Source: Methanobacteriota archaeon
GTDB taxonomy: Archaea > Thermoplasmatota > Thermoplasmata > RBG-16-68-12
NCBI GenBank assembly: GCA_005878665.1
Contig: VBLR01000114.1
Location: 3,945-67,944 of the forward strand
Direction of reading: 5' to 3'
Length of the DNA: 64,000 nucleotides
The notes beneath the pieces are model-generated. The model did not search any database. It saw only the letters and a program-made list of their open reading frames with translations, and was not told the DNA's origin. A program made the translations under genes and the position numbers. Positions 37,427 to 47,374 of the stretch are shown here, piece by piece (the stretch's first letter is position 1; each line of letters begins with the position of its first letter).

Positions 37427-38370
37427 GCGTGCCGTCCGCGGCGGAAGTCGAGCACGCGGACTGGCCGACGCTCCAACGGATGTGCGGATCGCTCGGGCTG
37501 AACCCGAAAGGCCGAAGCGGAGTCGTCCGCATGCGGGTCCTTGAACACCTACGTCGACGCGGCCGCCCAGAACCTTGGCGCGCTGGACGAGACCACATGG
37601 CTGCATTGCTCACGCGACTCGGGTTCCCGGATCTTTCCGAGGATCTGTGGGAGTCCGCAATCCGGCTCGACGCGCCCGCCCCGTGGGTCGGTCTTGGACA
37701 AGCGCAGGTCGCCGGCGGATTCCTCGGTGAAGCGGTCAAATCGTTCGACCGCGCGGCCCAGATGGGCGACGCATCCGCTCTGCTCCACCGAGCTGAGGCG
37801 CTTGGCGCGGGAGGCGACTACGATCGCGCCATCGCCGCGTGCGAGTCGTATCTTGCGAGCCACCCCGGGGATCTCCGAGCGCTCGGCATGAAAGCGGATT
37901 TCCTCGTTCGATCCGGGTTCAAGGAAGAAGCGGGGCGTGTCCTCCGGGCGGCGGCCGACTTCCATCCCGAATTTCCGTTTCTTAGGCCGGCGGCGGGTAC
38001 CGCGTTCCTCAAGGCGGGGCGTCCGGAGGTGGCCGTCGACTCGTTCGGACCGTCGACGCGCGCGGATGCGACCGGCATCGAAGGAGCGCTGAATCGCGGG
38101 GCCGCACTCCTCGTCCTTGGACGAACGCGAGAGGCGATCGACATTTTCCAGAAAGCGCTGGAGACCGACCCTGATCGCGCGGAAGCCCTCAACAATCTCG
38201 GCGTCGCTCATCTTCAGATGGACGAGCGACAGGCGGCGGCGTCGAACCTGGCCCGTGCCGCGAAGCTGGTCGACTCTCCGCAGATCCGGCTCAACCTCGC
38301 GAAGGTCCCGAAAGCGGCCCCCCGTGACAAAGCCAAAAAGCCCGCCGCGCGCAAGAAAGAGAAGCCGTAA
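37423..38370 (+). CDS. TPR protein with N-terminal SAP-like motif
   Basis: LQRMCGSLGLNPKGRSGVVRMRV (SAP-like), TPRs (EALNNLG), Lys-rich tail. Confidence 0.75.
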   Translation: MSVPSAAEVEHADWPTLQRMCGSLGLNPKGRSGVVRMRVLEHLRRRGRPEPWRAGRDHMAALLTRLGFPDLSEDLWESAIRLDAPAPWVGLGQAQVAGGFLGEAVKSFDRAAQMGDASALLHRAEALGAGGDYDRAIAACESYLASHPGDLRALGMKADFLVRSGFKEEAGRVLRAAADFHPEFPFLRPAAGTAFLKAGRPEVAVDSFGPSTRADATGIEGALNRGAALLVLGRTREAIDIFQKALETDPDRAEALNNLGVAHLQMDERQAAASNLARAAKLVDSPQIRLNLAKVPKAAPRDKAKKPAARKKEKP

Positions 38371-38417
38371 CTCCCCGTTCGGAAACAATCAATACGGTTC
38401 GTGTCGTAGCGGAACCG

Positions 38418-39080
38418 GTGCCGGTCCGGTCAACGGAATGGGAGGGCGTCTACACCGACGGGCCGTGGCTCCTCACTCGGAATCTGGTCCCTGGTGCCGT
38501 CGTGTACGGCGAAGGCCTCGTCCATGGGAGAGACGGGGAATTCCGTCGGTGGGATGCGAACCGGAGCAAGCTCGCTGCGTATCTCAAACGGGGAGGACAG
38601 GTGTGGCCGTTCCGTGGTCGCTCATCCGTCCTGTACCTGGGTGCGGGCAGCGGAACCACCGCGAGCCATGTTTCCGACGTCTGCGCGGACGGAACGGTCG
38701 CCGCGGTCGAAATCTCACCGCGGTCCTTCCGGGGTCTTCTCGCGCTTTCGGAAAAGAGGCCGAATCTCATTCCGATCCTCGGCGACGCCGCGAAGCCAGA
38801 ATCGTACGGCGCCCGGATCGGCTCCGTGGACGTCCTGTACCAGGATGTCGCTCAGCGAGATCAAGATGGGATTTTCCTTCGGAACCTCGATCTGCTGCGA
38901 TCCGGTGGGATCGGATTCCTGATGGTGAAGTCGAGATCGGCGGATGTCTCCGCGTCGCCCGCAACCGTCTTCGATTCGACAAAACGCGCACTGGCCCACG
39001 CCCGTGTCGACCTCGTCGACTTTCGGTACCTCGAGCCCTTCCAAGCGGATCACGGCGCGTTCGTCGTCCGGAAATCCTAG
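38418..39080 (+). CDS. flpA: Fibrillarin-like rRNA/tRNA 2'-O-methyltransferase
   Basis: VYGE, RSKLAA, VLYLGA.SGTT.SHVSD, NLIPIL.DA, YQDVAQRDQ, LEPF. Confidence 0.95.
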   Translation: MPVRSTEWEGVYTDGPWLLTRNLVPGAVVYGEGLVHGRDGEFRRWDANRSKLAAYLKRGGQVWPFRGRSSVLYLGAGSGTTASHVSDVCADGTVAAVEISPRSFRGLLALSEKRPNLIPILGDAAKPESYGARIGSVDVLYQDVAQRDQDGIFLRNLDLLRSGGIGFLMVKSRSADVSASPATVFDSTKRALAHARVDLVDFRYLEPFQADHGAFVVRKS

Positions 39081-39154
39081 GCGCATCTCCCGAGCCGCGG
39101 GCTCAATCTTAAATACGATTCCGCGGTATGCGCAGCCCCTCCCCGAGGAAACCG

Positions 39155-39610
39155 ATGGCTCGCATCCATGCGCACCGCAAGGGAAAGAGCGGATCGACCC
39201 GACCGTACCTGAAGGCGAATCCGGAATGGGTCGGGATGGAAAAGGCGGAGATCGAGGAGACGATCGTCCGCTTGCACCAGGAGGGTCTGTCGACGGCCTC
39301 CATCGGCGTGCGGCTCAGAGACGCCTACGGCGTGCCGAACGTGCGCCTCGCGACGGGTCGGAGCGTGACTCAGATTCTCTCGTCCAAAGGGACGAAATTC
39401 GCGCTGCCGGAGGATCTCGCCAGTCTGATCAAACGCGCCACGAGCCTTCAGACACATCTGAAGGATCATCGGAAGGACCTGAGCAACCGACGCGGCCTGG
39501 AATTGATCGAGTCGCGCATCCGCCGTCTGTCCCGGTACTACAAGTCGCGCGGCGTCCTGCCCTCCGACTGGGACTATTCCTTGAAGCTCGCGGAGCTGCA
39601 AGTGAAGTAG
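39155..39610 (+). CDS. rps15: 30S ribosomal protein S15 (uS15)
   Basis: MARIHAHRKGKSGS.RP, LRD.YGVP, LPEDL, ESRIRRL..YYK. Confidence 0.97.
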   Translation: MARIHAHRKGKSGSTRPYLKANPEWVGMEKAEIEETIVRLHQEGLSTASIGVRLRDAYGVPNVRLATGRSVTQILSSKGTKFALPEDLASLIKRATSLQTHLKDHRKDLSNRRGLELIESRIRRLSRYYKSRGVLPSDWDYSLKLAELQVK

Positions 39611-39617
39611 GTGGCCC

Positions 39618-40988
39618 ATGGTCAAGGGCCTGGATGATCTGGCGCCCGAGGGCTTGCTCGATCGGGCCCGGAGGGCCGCGGCTCTCGTCGACGACGCCGC
39701 CCGGGTCCGCGTCTTCTGCCACTACGATCCGGACGGCACGACCTCCGCCTCGATCTTGGCGCGGGCCCTCATGCGCCGCGGCAAGCGAATCCACGCGACG
39801 ATGGCGCACGCGCTCGACCGGACGTCCGCCGCCCGCCTTGGGGAGGAAACGAACGAACTCCTGGTCGTGAGCGACATGGGATCGGGCCAGCTCGATCTCC
39901 TCGAAGGGCTTCCGTATCCGGTCGTCGTCCTTGATCACCATAAGCCGATCCGGGATTCGGAGACGATCGCTCACGTGAACCCCCATCTCTTCGGGGTCGA
40001 CGGGGCGCGAGAAATGTGCGGGGCGACGACGACATGGCTCTTCGCCCTCGTCCTCGACGAGCGGAACTGGGATCTGGCCGGGCCGGCCATGGCGGGCGCG
40101 ATTGGGGACAAACAAGCGGTCGGAGGTTTCGTCGGGGTGAACGCCGCGCTGTTCGAGGAAGCCAAGGAGAGGAAGGTCGTCGTCCTGGAACGCCGACTCG
40201 CTTTACGGGATCTGCCGCTCGGCAAGGCGATCGCCCTTTCGATCGAACCGTACTTCCGAGGCCTGTCCGGGCGGCCCGACGCCGCGGAGGACTTTCTTCG
40301 CACGGTAGGCTTTGATCCGGCTGCGAGCCTTCGCGATCTCGACGCAGGCGGCCGCCGAAAGCTCACGTCCATTCTGGCCGCCCGGCTCGTGGAGCAGCAC
40401 GCGGCCCCGGAGGCGCTTGATGTCCTCGTTGCGGATCGATACTGGATCGAACCCGACCAGATGTACGCCCACGACCTCGAGGCGTACGTGAACAGTTGCG
40501 ACCGTCTCGGCCAGGAAGGGCTCGGGATGGCCGTCTGCCTCGGGGATCGTGACGCGCTCGCGAGGGCCGAGAAGCTGCTTGAGGAATACACCTCGAAGGT
40601 CCTCGGTTACCTCGTCTCGCTCGAGTCCAAAGGTCTATTCCCGAAGAAGCACATTCAGTTTTTCTACTGCGAAGACGCAAGCTTGGCCGGCGTCGTCGCG
40701 GGAACCGGCATGCTGTTCTTCTTCGATCAAACGCGACCGACCCTCGGGCTCTCCGTCCTCGATGGCATCACGAAGGTGTCCGCCCGCGGCACCCGCTCGC
40801 ACATCGCCGCCGGGGTCGACCTCGCGGTCGCATTGCGGGAGGCCGCGTCCGGGGTCTCGGGGAACGGCGGCGGTCACAACATCGCATCGGGCGCGACAAT
40901 CCCGAAGGGCAAGGAGGATCGGTTTCTCACCCAGGTGGACGAGATTGTGGGACGCCAATTCGAAGCCACGCGGACGAACGATCAATAG
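39618..40988 (+). CDS. DHH-family phosphoesterase (RecJ/GAN-like)
   Basis: HYDPDG, SDMGSG, LDHH, VNPH, GDKQ, SARG, GGGH..ASG; conserved position after rps15. Confidence 0.9.
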   Translation: MVKGLDDLAPEGLLDRARRAAALVDDAARVRVFCHYDPDGTTSASILARALMRRGKRIHATMAHALDRTSAARLGEETNELLVVSDMGSGQLDLLEGLPYPVVVLDHHKPIRDSETIAHVNPHLFGVDGAREMCGATTTWLFALVLDERNWDLAGPAMAGAIGDKQAVGGFVGVNAALFEEAKERKVVVLERRLALRDLPLGKAIALSIEPYFRGLSGRPDAAEDFLRTVGFDPAASLRDLDAGGRRKLTSILAARLVEQHAAPEALDVLVADRYWIEPDQMYAHDLEAYVNSCDRLGQEGLGMAVCLGDRDALARAEKLLEEYTSKVLGYLVSLESKGLFPKKHIQFFYCEDASLAGVVAGTGMLFFFDQTRPTLGLSVLDGITKVSARGTRSHIAAGVDLAVALREAASGVSGNGGGHNIASGATIPKGKEDRFLTQVDEIVGRQFEATRTNDQ

Positions 40989-41581
40989 TTGTCCAAGAGG
41001 CGACTCACTTCGCGGGATTCGAGGTCCGTCTTGAGCGCGGGTGACTCCAGGACCTTCATGTTCCGCTCGAGGAGGGCGAGCTCTTTCTCCTCCAGGGTGT
41101 CCGGGCTCACGGGGAGCAGGATGATCGCCCGTCGCTGCATGACGAACTCGTTCACGTGTTCCACGAACATGAGCGTCTGCAGAAATCCGTTGTTGATGAC
41201 CAAGTACTCCAAGCCATCCAGGAGGACCGCGCCTTCGCCGTTGTTGTCCTCGATGAACTTCTGGATGACTTTCGCGAGCGTGCCGATTGCCGTCGGGTTG
41301 TGGTAATCCTCGCCGGGCGTGTGGCTGAGCCAGATGATTCGGACTTCCGTGAGGCCCCGCTCGCGGCGCACGCGGTCCGGGTACTGGCGGGTGATGCACA
41401 GGCCCGGAATTTTCTGGGCGAGTAGCATTTCAAAGAGTCGGAAACTCAGTTCGGGCTTCTTCTCTTTCACGAGATAGCAGACGCCCTTCTCGAGCTCCAT
41501 GGGCATCGCAGAGCGAAGTGCCTCAGCCTCCGTGCCCATTTCGCCCTCCTGAGGTTGCACCCATCCCATCGGTTTCTCCAT
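40982..41581 (-). CDS. DUF835-like (RecA-fold-derived) domain protein
   Basis: GLCITRQYP, IIWLS, NPT, VLLDGLEYLVINNGF, LEEKELALLE. Confidence 0.8.
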   Translation of the reverse strand: MEKPMGWVQPQEGEMGTEAEALRSAMPMELEKGVCYLVKEKKPELSFRLFEMLLAQKIPGLCITRQYPDRVRRERGLTEVRIIWLSHTPGEDYHNPTAIGTLAKVIQKFIEDNNGEGAVLLDGLEYLVINNGFLQTLMFVEHVNEFVMQRRAIILLPVSPDTLEEKELALLERNMKVLESPALKTDLESREVSRLLDNY

Positions 41582-41586
41582 AGCGG

Positions 41587-42768
41587 CTATCGTCTCTTCA
41601 AACTTCGTTCCAGATTATCAATGAGCACCTTGGCCGGAATTTCCGGGAGAGAAATCAGCGTCGTCTTACCGACGACGCCCTCGCCACTCAATTTCGTGTC
41701 GACGAGGCCGAGCGCGTCAAGATCCCGCACATACTTCCAGAACTGGGTGTGGGCCCGCGGCTTCTGGTCGTACTCTTCGCACACCACGGCGTACGCCTCT
41801 TCGGCGTCGCCCATCGTGATGTACGCTTTCTTGCGACTCTTTCGGGCGATCGACAAGAGCACGAGTTTCTTTGGGACGTCGAGCAGACCGAGCCGCTCTT
41901 GGACGTCCGTCGGATGGACGTGGGCCTTCGCGCCGCGCACGTGCTCTGGGGCGACCTCCTCGAGGTTCTCCTCGTCGGCGAGCATGCCGGCCTTCTCGAG
42001 CAGCTCGATGGCATACCGTGCATCCCCGAACTCGGACGCGATATCCGCGATCAGGTCGATGAGGTCCTCGCCGACGGTGCCCGGGTGCAACGCGAGTTGC
42101 ACGCGGCCCGTGACGATGTCCCGGAGCTCCCCTCGATCGTACTTCGGGAACTCGACGACGTTGGATCGGCGGAACGTGCTGAGCGCGGCTCGGTCCATGT
42201 ACTCCAACGCGTTCGGCCGTTGCGAGATCAGGATCATCGAGATGTTGCCCTTCGAGGCGATTGTCTCCTCGGCGATCCGAGCGAACGAGTAGATCAGGTC
42301 CGCGCCGCTCTTCTTCAGGAGGGCGTCCACTTCGTCCAAGATCACGATGAAGTGAAGCCGGTGCTTCTCGAGATGCCGCCGCAACGTCTCCATCTTCTCT
42401 GCAATCGAGAATCCCCGTTCGGGGAAGTGGGCGTCAAAATGCTGGATCAGCCGGAGCAGGACCGCGTCGTCCCCCATCCGCTGGCGACAGTTCACGAGAT
42501 CCCAGTCGACGGCCCGATCCGATTCCGACGCGTATTTCTTGAAATCGAGGCAGAAGCGCTTCGCCGTGTGGGTCTTCCCGGTTCCCACGGGCCCATACAG
42601 GAAGGCGTTGCTCGAGGCTCCCGCCCCGACGATGGGCCGCAGGAGGCTGAAGAGCCGCTGCGTCTGCCCCTCCCGATGGACCATCTTTTCGGGGAGGTAG
42701 TCGAACGACAGTTTCCCTTGGTCCTTGAAGACGGAGGGCCCGGCCCGGAACGACACAATCGACGCCAA
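41587..42768 (-). CDS. cdc6: Orc1/Cdc6 family AAA+ ATPase
   Basis: DYLP...HRE, GPVGTGKT, VNC, ILDEVD, GDAR.AIELL, C-terminal wHTH. Confidence 0.93.
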   Translation of the reverse strand: MASIVSFRAGPSVFKDQGKLSFDYLPEKMVHREGQTQRLFSLLRPIVGAGASSNAFLYGPVGTGKTHTAKRFCLDFKKYASESDRAVDWDLVNCRQRMGDDAVLLRLIQHFDAHFPERGFSIAEKMETLRRHLEKHRLHFIVILDEVDALLKKSGADLIYSFARIAEETIASKGNISMILISQRPNALEYMDRAALSTFRRSNVVEFPKYDRGELRDIVTGRVQLALHPGTVGEDLIDLIADIASEFGDARYAIELLEKAGMLADEENLEEVAPEHVRGAKAHVHPTDVQERLGLLDVPKKLVLLSIARKSRKKAYITMGDAEEAYAVVCEEYDQKPRAHTQFWKYVRDLDALGLVDTKLSGEGVVGKTTLISLPEIPAKVLIDNLERSLKRR

Positions 42769-42838
42769 GGCGGCGGACGCGCATAACCTTTGCCTCCGAG
42801 ACCCGAAAGCCCATCAAGGGAACCGCGGATGGCGGGAC

Positions 42839-43204
42839 GTGGCGGACCGCTTCTTCTGTTTCGCATGCGGGCGCGACCATCGGACCGGGACCTCGATTGC
42901 GCGGGACCATAAGCGATACAGCATCGAGGGCGGGTACGAGTCGGGTGGGATCTTCTCCGACCTGCGCGAGTTCTACGTGCAGACGAAAGGGATCGAAGCG
43001 GCGTTTCGCATCCTCGGCTTCGCCGACGTCCGCGTGAATCCGCCCCGGTTCGGTCGAGGCTGGCCATCGCGCGCCGCGATCGAACGGGCGTATCGTGACC
43101 GGGCTCGGCGCCATCATCCCGACGCGGGCGGCGACCCGCGGGAGTTTCGAAAGGTCCAGTGGGCCGTCGAAGTCCTGCGGAGGTATCGGCCACCGGATGC
43201 ATGA
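42839..43204 (+). CDS. Small class C J-domain protein with N-terminal CxxC-xxx-H motif
   Basis: IERAYRDRARRHHPDAGGDPREFRKV (HPD motif); N-terminal FCFACGRDH. Confidence 0.75.
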   Translation: MADRFFCFACGRDHRTGTSIARDHKRYSIEGGYESGGIFSDLREFYVQTKGIEAAFRILGFADVRVNPPRFGRGWPSRAAIERAYRDRARRHHPDAGGDPREFRKVQWAVEVLRRYRPPDA

Positions 43205-43263
43205 GCGGTCGTCCGCAACGTTTATCGCGATCGGGACGATTGATTCGAACGGAGGTCAACCGG

Positions 43264-44769
43264 ATGGCCTCGTCCCCCCGCGAAGCTCTTTCCACGTTGC
43301 CCGACCCGGTCTTGCATGACTTGGCCAAGGTCCACGGGCTCGATCCGACGCGCTATCCGAATCGGACTTCGCTGATCGAAGCGCTTGCTTCGCTCGCTGA
43401 TGTGGAATCCCTTTTGGCAGAGGCGGAGCGCCGACGAATGGAATACCACCTTGAACGGCTTCGACCTAGACAGCTTCGGGAGCTGGGAGAGCGGCATCGG
43501 GTGAGCCTGCTCGGACTCAAGCGGAAGTCGGACCTGGTAGCCGCGCTCGCCACCGCTCCGGGTTCCTCCGAAATCCTCTTGGAGCTCGAAGCGCAAGACG
43601 CCGCGGATCGGGACGCCGGCTTCGTGCTGGGCCGTGACGCGGACGTCGACTACGAGCGGGTCGAGGAGCTCCTCGAGCAAGCTCGCAAGAGGTTCCAAGA
43701 ACGACAATTCGAAGCCGCGCTGACCGCAGCGCAAGAAGCATCCCGCATCGCGGAGCGGACGACGGAGCAGCTCCGACGCGCATCCTGGTCGTACGCCGTC
43801 CTCGCCGCGCAAGGGCTCTTGGAGCCGTGCGACCCGGAGGACCCGGACACCGTAAAGGCCCGCGCGCTCCTCGACCGGGCCCGCGACGTCTTCTTCCAAG
43901 GCCAGACCATGGACGATGCGTTCCTCCAAGACCTGGTCCGAGCCGCGGAGGTGGCCCATGCGCGCGAAGCGGACCGGGTGCGGGAGCTGCTCGCCCTCAC
44001 CCGGGACTCGATTCGTGAGGCCGCGAACCTCGGCGCATCGATTGCTATGGCCGAGGACGCCTGGAAGCGAGGGGGCGACTCCCTGGACCGGGATCAGCTT
44101 TCTGCGGCGCGGGAGAGCTTCGTCGAGGCCGGCCAGCGTGCGGAGGACGCGAGGCTTCGACGAATTCGCGAGGTCGAGGAATCGGTCGGATTCGTCTCCG
44201 ATCACATCGCCCTCGCCCGGAACGTCGGCGCAGACACGGAGGAGGCGGAGCAGCTCCATCAAGCCGCGCGGACCGCGGTCGCCGTCGGAGAGCACGGCCA
44301 CGCCGGCGATCTGCTCAAGCGGGCGGAGCGGCTCGCGATGAAAGGCCAGCAACGACAAATCGAGCGGGCGATGCAGCTCCGCCAGGCCCAGGTCGAGAAG
44401 GCCCAAGCGATCATCGGCGCGTGCGAGCCCGTTTTGAAGGAGGCGGAGTCGTACGACCTCAGTGCGACCGAAGTTCGCGTGCTCCTTCGGCAGGCGCAAG
44501 ACGTCCTCACGAAAGGGGACTACCTGGCCGGGCTCACATTCGCGCGAAACGCGGAGGAGGCGGCTCAGCGGCTCGAGGCGCAGGTCGCCGACGAGCGTCG
44601 TCGGCGCGGGATTCAGAAACCAGCCTCGGGCACGTGCGGGGTGTGCCGCTCCACCTGCGTCACGTTCGAGGACGATGGATGGGGCCGCTGTGAGGATTGC
44701 GGGAACACGTTCCGATGGCGCGGCCCGTTCGGGGTTTGGGAGCGCCTGAAGGCAATCCTGATTCCGTAG
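43264..44769 (+). CDS. Helical protein with two SAP/HeH-like motifs and C-terminal Zn ribbon
   Basis: LHDLAKVHGL...RTSLIEAL; LRELGERHRVSLLGLKRKSDLVAAL; CGVC...CEDCG. Confidence 0.7.
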   Translation: MASSPREALSTLPDPVLHDLAKVHGLDPTRYPNRTSLIEALASLADVESLLAEAERRRMEYHLERLRPRQLRELGERHRVSLLGLKRKSDLVAALATAPGSSEILLELEAQDAADRDAGFVLGRDADVDYERVEELLEQARKRFQERQFEAALTAAQEASRIAERTTEQLRRASWSYAVLAAQGLLEPCDPEDPDTVKARALLDRARDVFFQGQTMDDAFLQDLVRAAEVAHAREADRVRELLALTRDSIREAANLGASIAMAEDAWKRGGDSLDRDQLSAARESFVEAGQRAEDARLRRIREVEESVGFVSDHIALARNVGADTEEAEQLHQAARTAVAVGEHGHAGDLLKRAERLAMKGQQRQIERAMQLRQAQVEKAQAIIGACEPVLKEAESYDLSATEVRVLLRQAQDVLTKGDYLAGLTFARNAEEAAQRLEAQVADERRRRGIQKPASGTCGVCRSTCVTFEDDGWGRCEDCGNTFRWRGPFGVWERLKAILIP

Positions 44770-44820
44770 GCCCCGGGGCGCGGCCATAGTCTTTTAACGA
44801 GTCCCCAGAATTCCACGCGG

Positions 44821-45774
44821 ATGGCGAAGCGCGACCTCCTCCGGCGGAAGGTCGAGGACATCGACGTGTCCCCGTCTTCGGAGGTCGCGCGACTCGTCGA
44901 AGCGATGGGTCGTGGAGGCGGCTTCACGGCGAAGAAAATCGCCGTTGGCGTCGAGATCCTCCGGACCATGTTCCGCCGACCGGCCTGCACGACCTTCCTC
45001 TCGTTCCCCGCCGCCCTCATGGCCACCGGGGTCCGCGGTGTCCTGCGCGCCCTCGTCGAGGAGAGGCTCGTCGACGTCGTGGTGACGACGTGCGGCACCG
45101 CCGATCACGATCTCGCGCGGGTGTGGCAGCCGTACTACCATGGCGACTTCGAAATGGACGACGTCGCCTTGCATCGTCTCGGAGTGAACCGCCTCGGGAA
45201 CGTCCTCATCCCGAACGCGTCGTACGGCATCGTCCTGGAGAAGAAAATCCAGCCGATGCTGCGCGACCTGTGGGACTCCGGCCTCCGGGCGCCGTCCACG
45301 CGCGAATTGCTTTGGGAGCTCGGCCGGCGCGCCGGAAGCCGTCAATCGCTGCTCTGGTGGGCGTGGAAGAACCGCATTCCCGTTGTCGTGCCCGCGATTT
45401 TCGATGGGGCGGTCGGGTACCAGCTCTGGTCGTTCTGGCAGGAGCACAAGGCGTTTGCGATTGACCAGTTGCGGGACGAAGCGGAGCTCGCCGACCTCGT
45501 CTTCACGGCCAAGGAAACGGCCGCCCTCATGATCGGCGGCGGCGTCTCCAAACATCACACGATCTGGTGGAACCAATTCCGAGGCGGGCTCGACTACGCG
45601 GTGTACATCACGACGGCCCCAGAATGGGACGGGAGCCTGAGCGGAGCACGGGTACGGGAAGGGATCTCTTGGGGCAAAGTGAAGGAGACCGCGAAGCAGG
45701 TGACGATTGAAGGGGACGCGTCCGCAATTCTGCCAATGATGATTGCCGCGGCGCTCGGCCGCCCCCACCGATGA
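44821..45774 (+). CDS. dys: Deoxyhypusine synthase
   Basis: MATGVRG, VTTCG..DHD, NRLGNV, IGGGVSKHH, DGSLSGA...E.ISWGK. Confidence 0.94.
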   Translation: MAKRDLLRRKVEDIDVSPSSEVARLVEAMGRGGGFTAKKIAVGVEILRTMFRRPACTTFLSFPAALMATGVRGVLRALVEERLVDVVVTTCGTADHDLARVWQPYYHGDFEMDDVALHRLGVNRLGNVLIPNASYGIVLEKKIQPMLRDLWDSGLRAPSTRELLWELGRRAGSRQSLLWWAWKNRIPVVVPAIFDGAVGYQLWSFWQEHKAFAIDQLRDEAELADLVFTAKETAALMIGGGVSKHHTIWWNQFRGGLDYAVYITTAPEWDGSLSGARVREGISWGKVKETAKQVTIEGDASAILPMMIAAALGRPHR

Positions 45775-45784
45775 TCCAAACCGG

Positions 45785-46006
45785 TCACTTGATGAGCCAG
45801 TAGCCCGCAGCCTTTTCGCGCGCCCGGCGCTTCGCGTAACCCTTCGACTGCAATTCCTGGAGCGCTTGGAGGACGAAATTCTTCGGGAGCTTGGACATCT
45901 TGGTGATCGCCTCCGCGTCGCGCATCTTGTCTTCCGACGTGATGCCGGCGGACTTCATCGTGTCGTAGACCTTGTTCGCTCGGTCAGAAACGTCTTCGAG
46001 GGGCAT
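45785..46006 (-). CDS. Small basic winged-helix protein (73 aa)
   Basis: AEAITKMSKLPKNFVLQALQELQSKGYAKRR...YWL; GGAGG upstream. Confidence 0.7.
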   Translation of the reverse strand: MPLEDVSDRANKVYDTMKSAGITSEDKMRDAEAITKMSKLPKNFVLQALQELQSKGYAKRRAREKAAGYWLIK

Positions 46007-46077
46007 GCGCGAACCCTCCGTGCGCGGGCCGGAAACTCGGGGCGGTGTTAAATAAGCTTCCCATCTTGCGACGGCCC

Positions 46078-46605
46078 ATGTGCCCGGGAGTATGCAAGGA
46101 TCGACTCGCGGATGCCTTCGACCGGTTCGGACGGGTTCCGATCGAGAAGCGGAAAGCCATGGTTCTGCCGGACCACTCGGCATTCCGTACGACCGAGGAT
46201 CCGTTCTGGTCCGCCGGCGGCCTCCTTCATGACGGCGGAGGTCGTGTCCTCCTCATTCGCCATGTCGCCGGGTCCGGCTGGGGTGACGCGTGGGTCACCC
46301 CCGGTGGCCGGCTCGAGGAAGGGGAGACCACCGTGGACGGCCTGCGCCGCGAGGTGCGTGAGGAGGTAGGCCTGGATGCCCTGGAGCCGATCCTCACGCG
46401 CATTCTCCAGCAGACTTTTTCCGATGGCACCCGGGTCGCGCACGGCTACTTCGCGCAGTTCGTCGCGCGCGCGTCATCCGGCGTCCCGCGTCGGGGGCCT
46501 GACGTGCGGGAGGCGCGTTGGTTTGAGAGCTTGCCGCCCGACCTTGTATTTCGGGAGGACTATCTGGTGGATTTCCAGCGGTTCGTCGCGGCCGCAACCT
46601 TTTAG
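46078..46605 (+). CDS. NUDIX hydrolase
   Basis: Nudix box PGGRLEEGETTVDGLRREVREEVG. Confidence 0.88.
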   Translation: MCPGVCKDRLADAFDRFGRVPIEKRKAMVLPDHSAFRTTEDPFWSAGGLLHDGGGRVLLIRHVAGSGWGDAWVTPGGRLEEGETTVDGLRREVREEVGLDALEPILTRILQQTFSDGTRVAHGYFAQFVARASSGVPRRGPDVREARWFESLPPDLVFREDYLVDFQRFVAAATF

Positions 46606-46640
46606 CGAATCCTCCGGATGGCAGGACCGGGGCCGGGACT

Positions 46641-47243
46641 GTGGGACGGAGGCCTGCGCTGCTCGTCGTCGATATCCAGAACGATTTCTGCCCCGGTGGG
46701 GCGCTCGGCGTGCCCGGCGGCGACGAGATTATTCCGCGGGTGAACCGGACCGTCGCGCTCTTCGAACGCCGCCATCGCCCCGTTCTCTTCACGCGGGACT
46801 GGCACCCGCGGGAGACGAAGCACTTCAAGGAGTTTGGCGGGGCCTGGCCCGCCCACTGCATCCAAGGGACGAAAGGCGCCCGATTCCATCCGGACCTCCA
46901 GCTGCCCGCGGGATCCCTGATCCTCTCGAAGGGAATGGATCCGGAGCAAGATTCGTATTCGGCCTTCCAGGCCTTCACCGATCGGGGCCGAGATCTCGAG
47001 TCGACCTTGCTCGAGCTCGATGTGGACGAACTGTTCATCTGCGGCCTCGCGACGGACTACTGTGTGCGCGCGACGACACTCGACGGTCTCCGGCGCGGAC
47101 TTGCCATCCGCGTCCTTCGCGACGCGATTCGCGGTGTGGATCTGAAACCCGGCGATTCGGAAATGGCAATCAAAGAAATGCGCGTGAATGGCGCCCATTT
47201 TTCGGAGAGTCGCGGATTGGCGAGACTGTTGCCTAGAGTTTGA
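46641..47243 (+). CDS. pncA: Nicotinamidase/pyrazinamidase
   Basis: VDIQNDFCPGGAL, DWHP, WPAHCIQGT, KG...DSYSAF, GLATDYCV. Confidence 0.93.
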   Translation: MGRRPALLVVDIQNDFCPGGALGVPGGDEIIPRVNRTVALFERRHRPVLFTRDWHPRETKHFKEFGGAWPAHCIQGTKGARFHPDLQLPAGSLILSKGMDPEQDSYSAFQAFTDRGRDLESTLLELDVDELFICGLATDYCVRATTLDGLRRGLAIRVLRDAIRGVDLKPGDSEMAIKEMRVNGAHFSESRGLARLLPRV

Positions 47244-47374
47244 ATCTCTCCATGACCGCCGTCACCTGAAGGCGGCGAACCGTTGAAATAGACGGCGTGG
47301 GTTCATTCGACGTCGGTGGCGCGCGCGTTCGACTAGGAGGCCGCGGACCGCGGAAGACGAACTCTTGCGGGGGT

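Noticed and set aside
42769..42838. Replication origin beside cdc6
   Set aside because: The spacer is only about 70 nt, GC-rich, and has no ORB repeats or unwinding element
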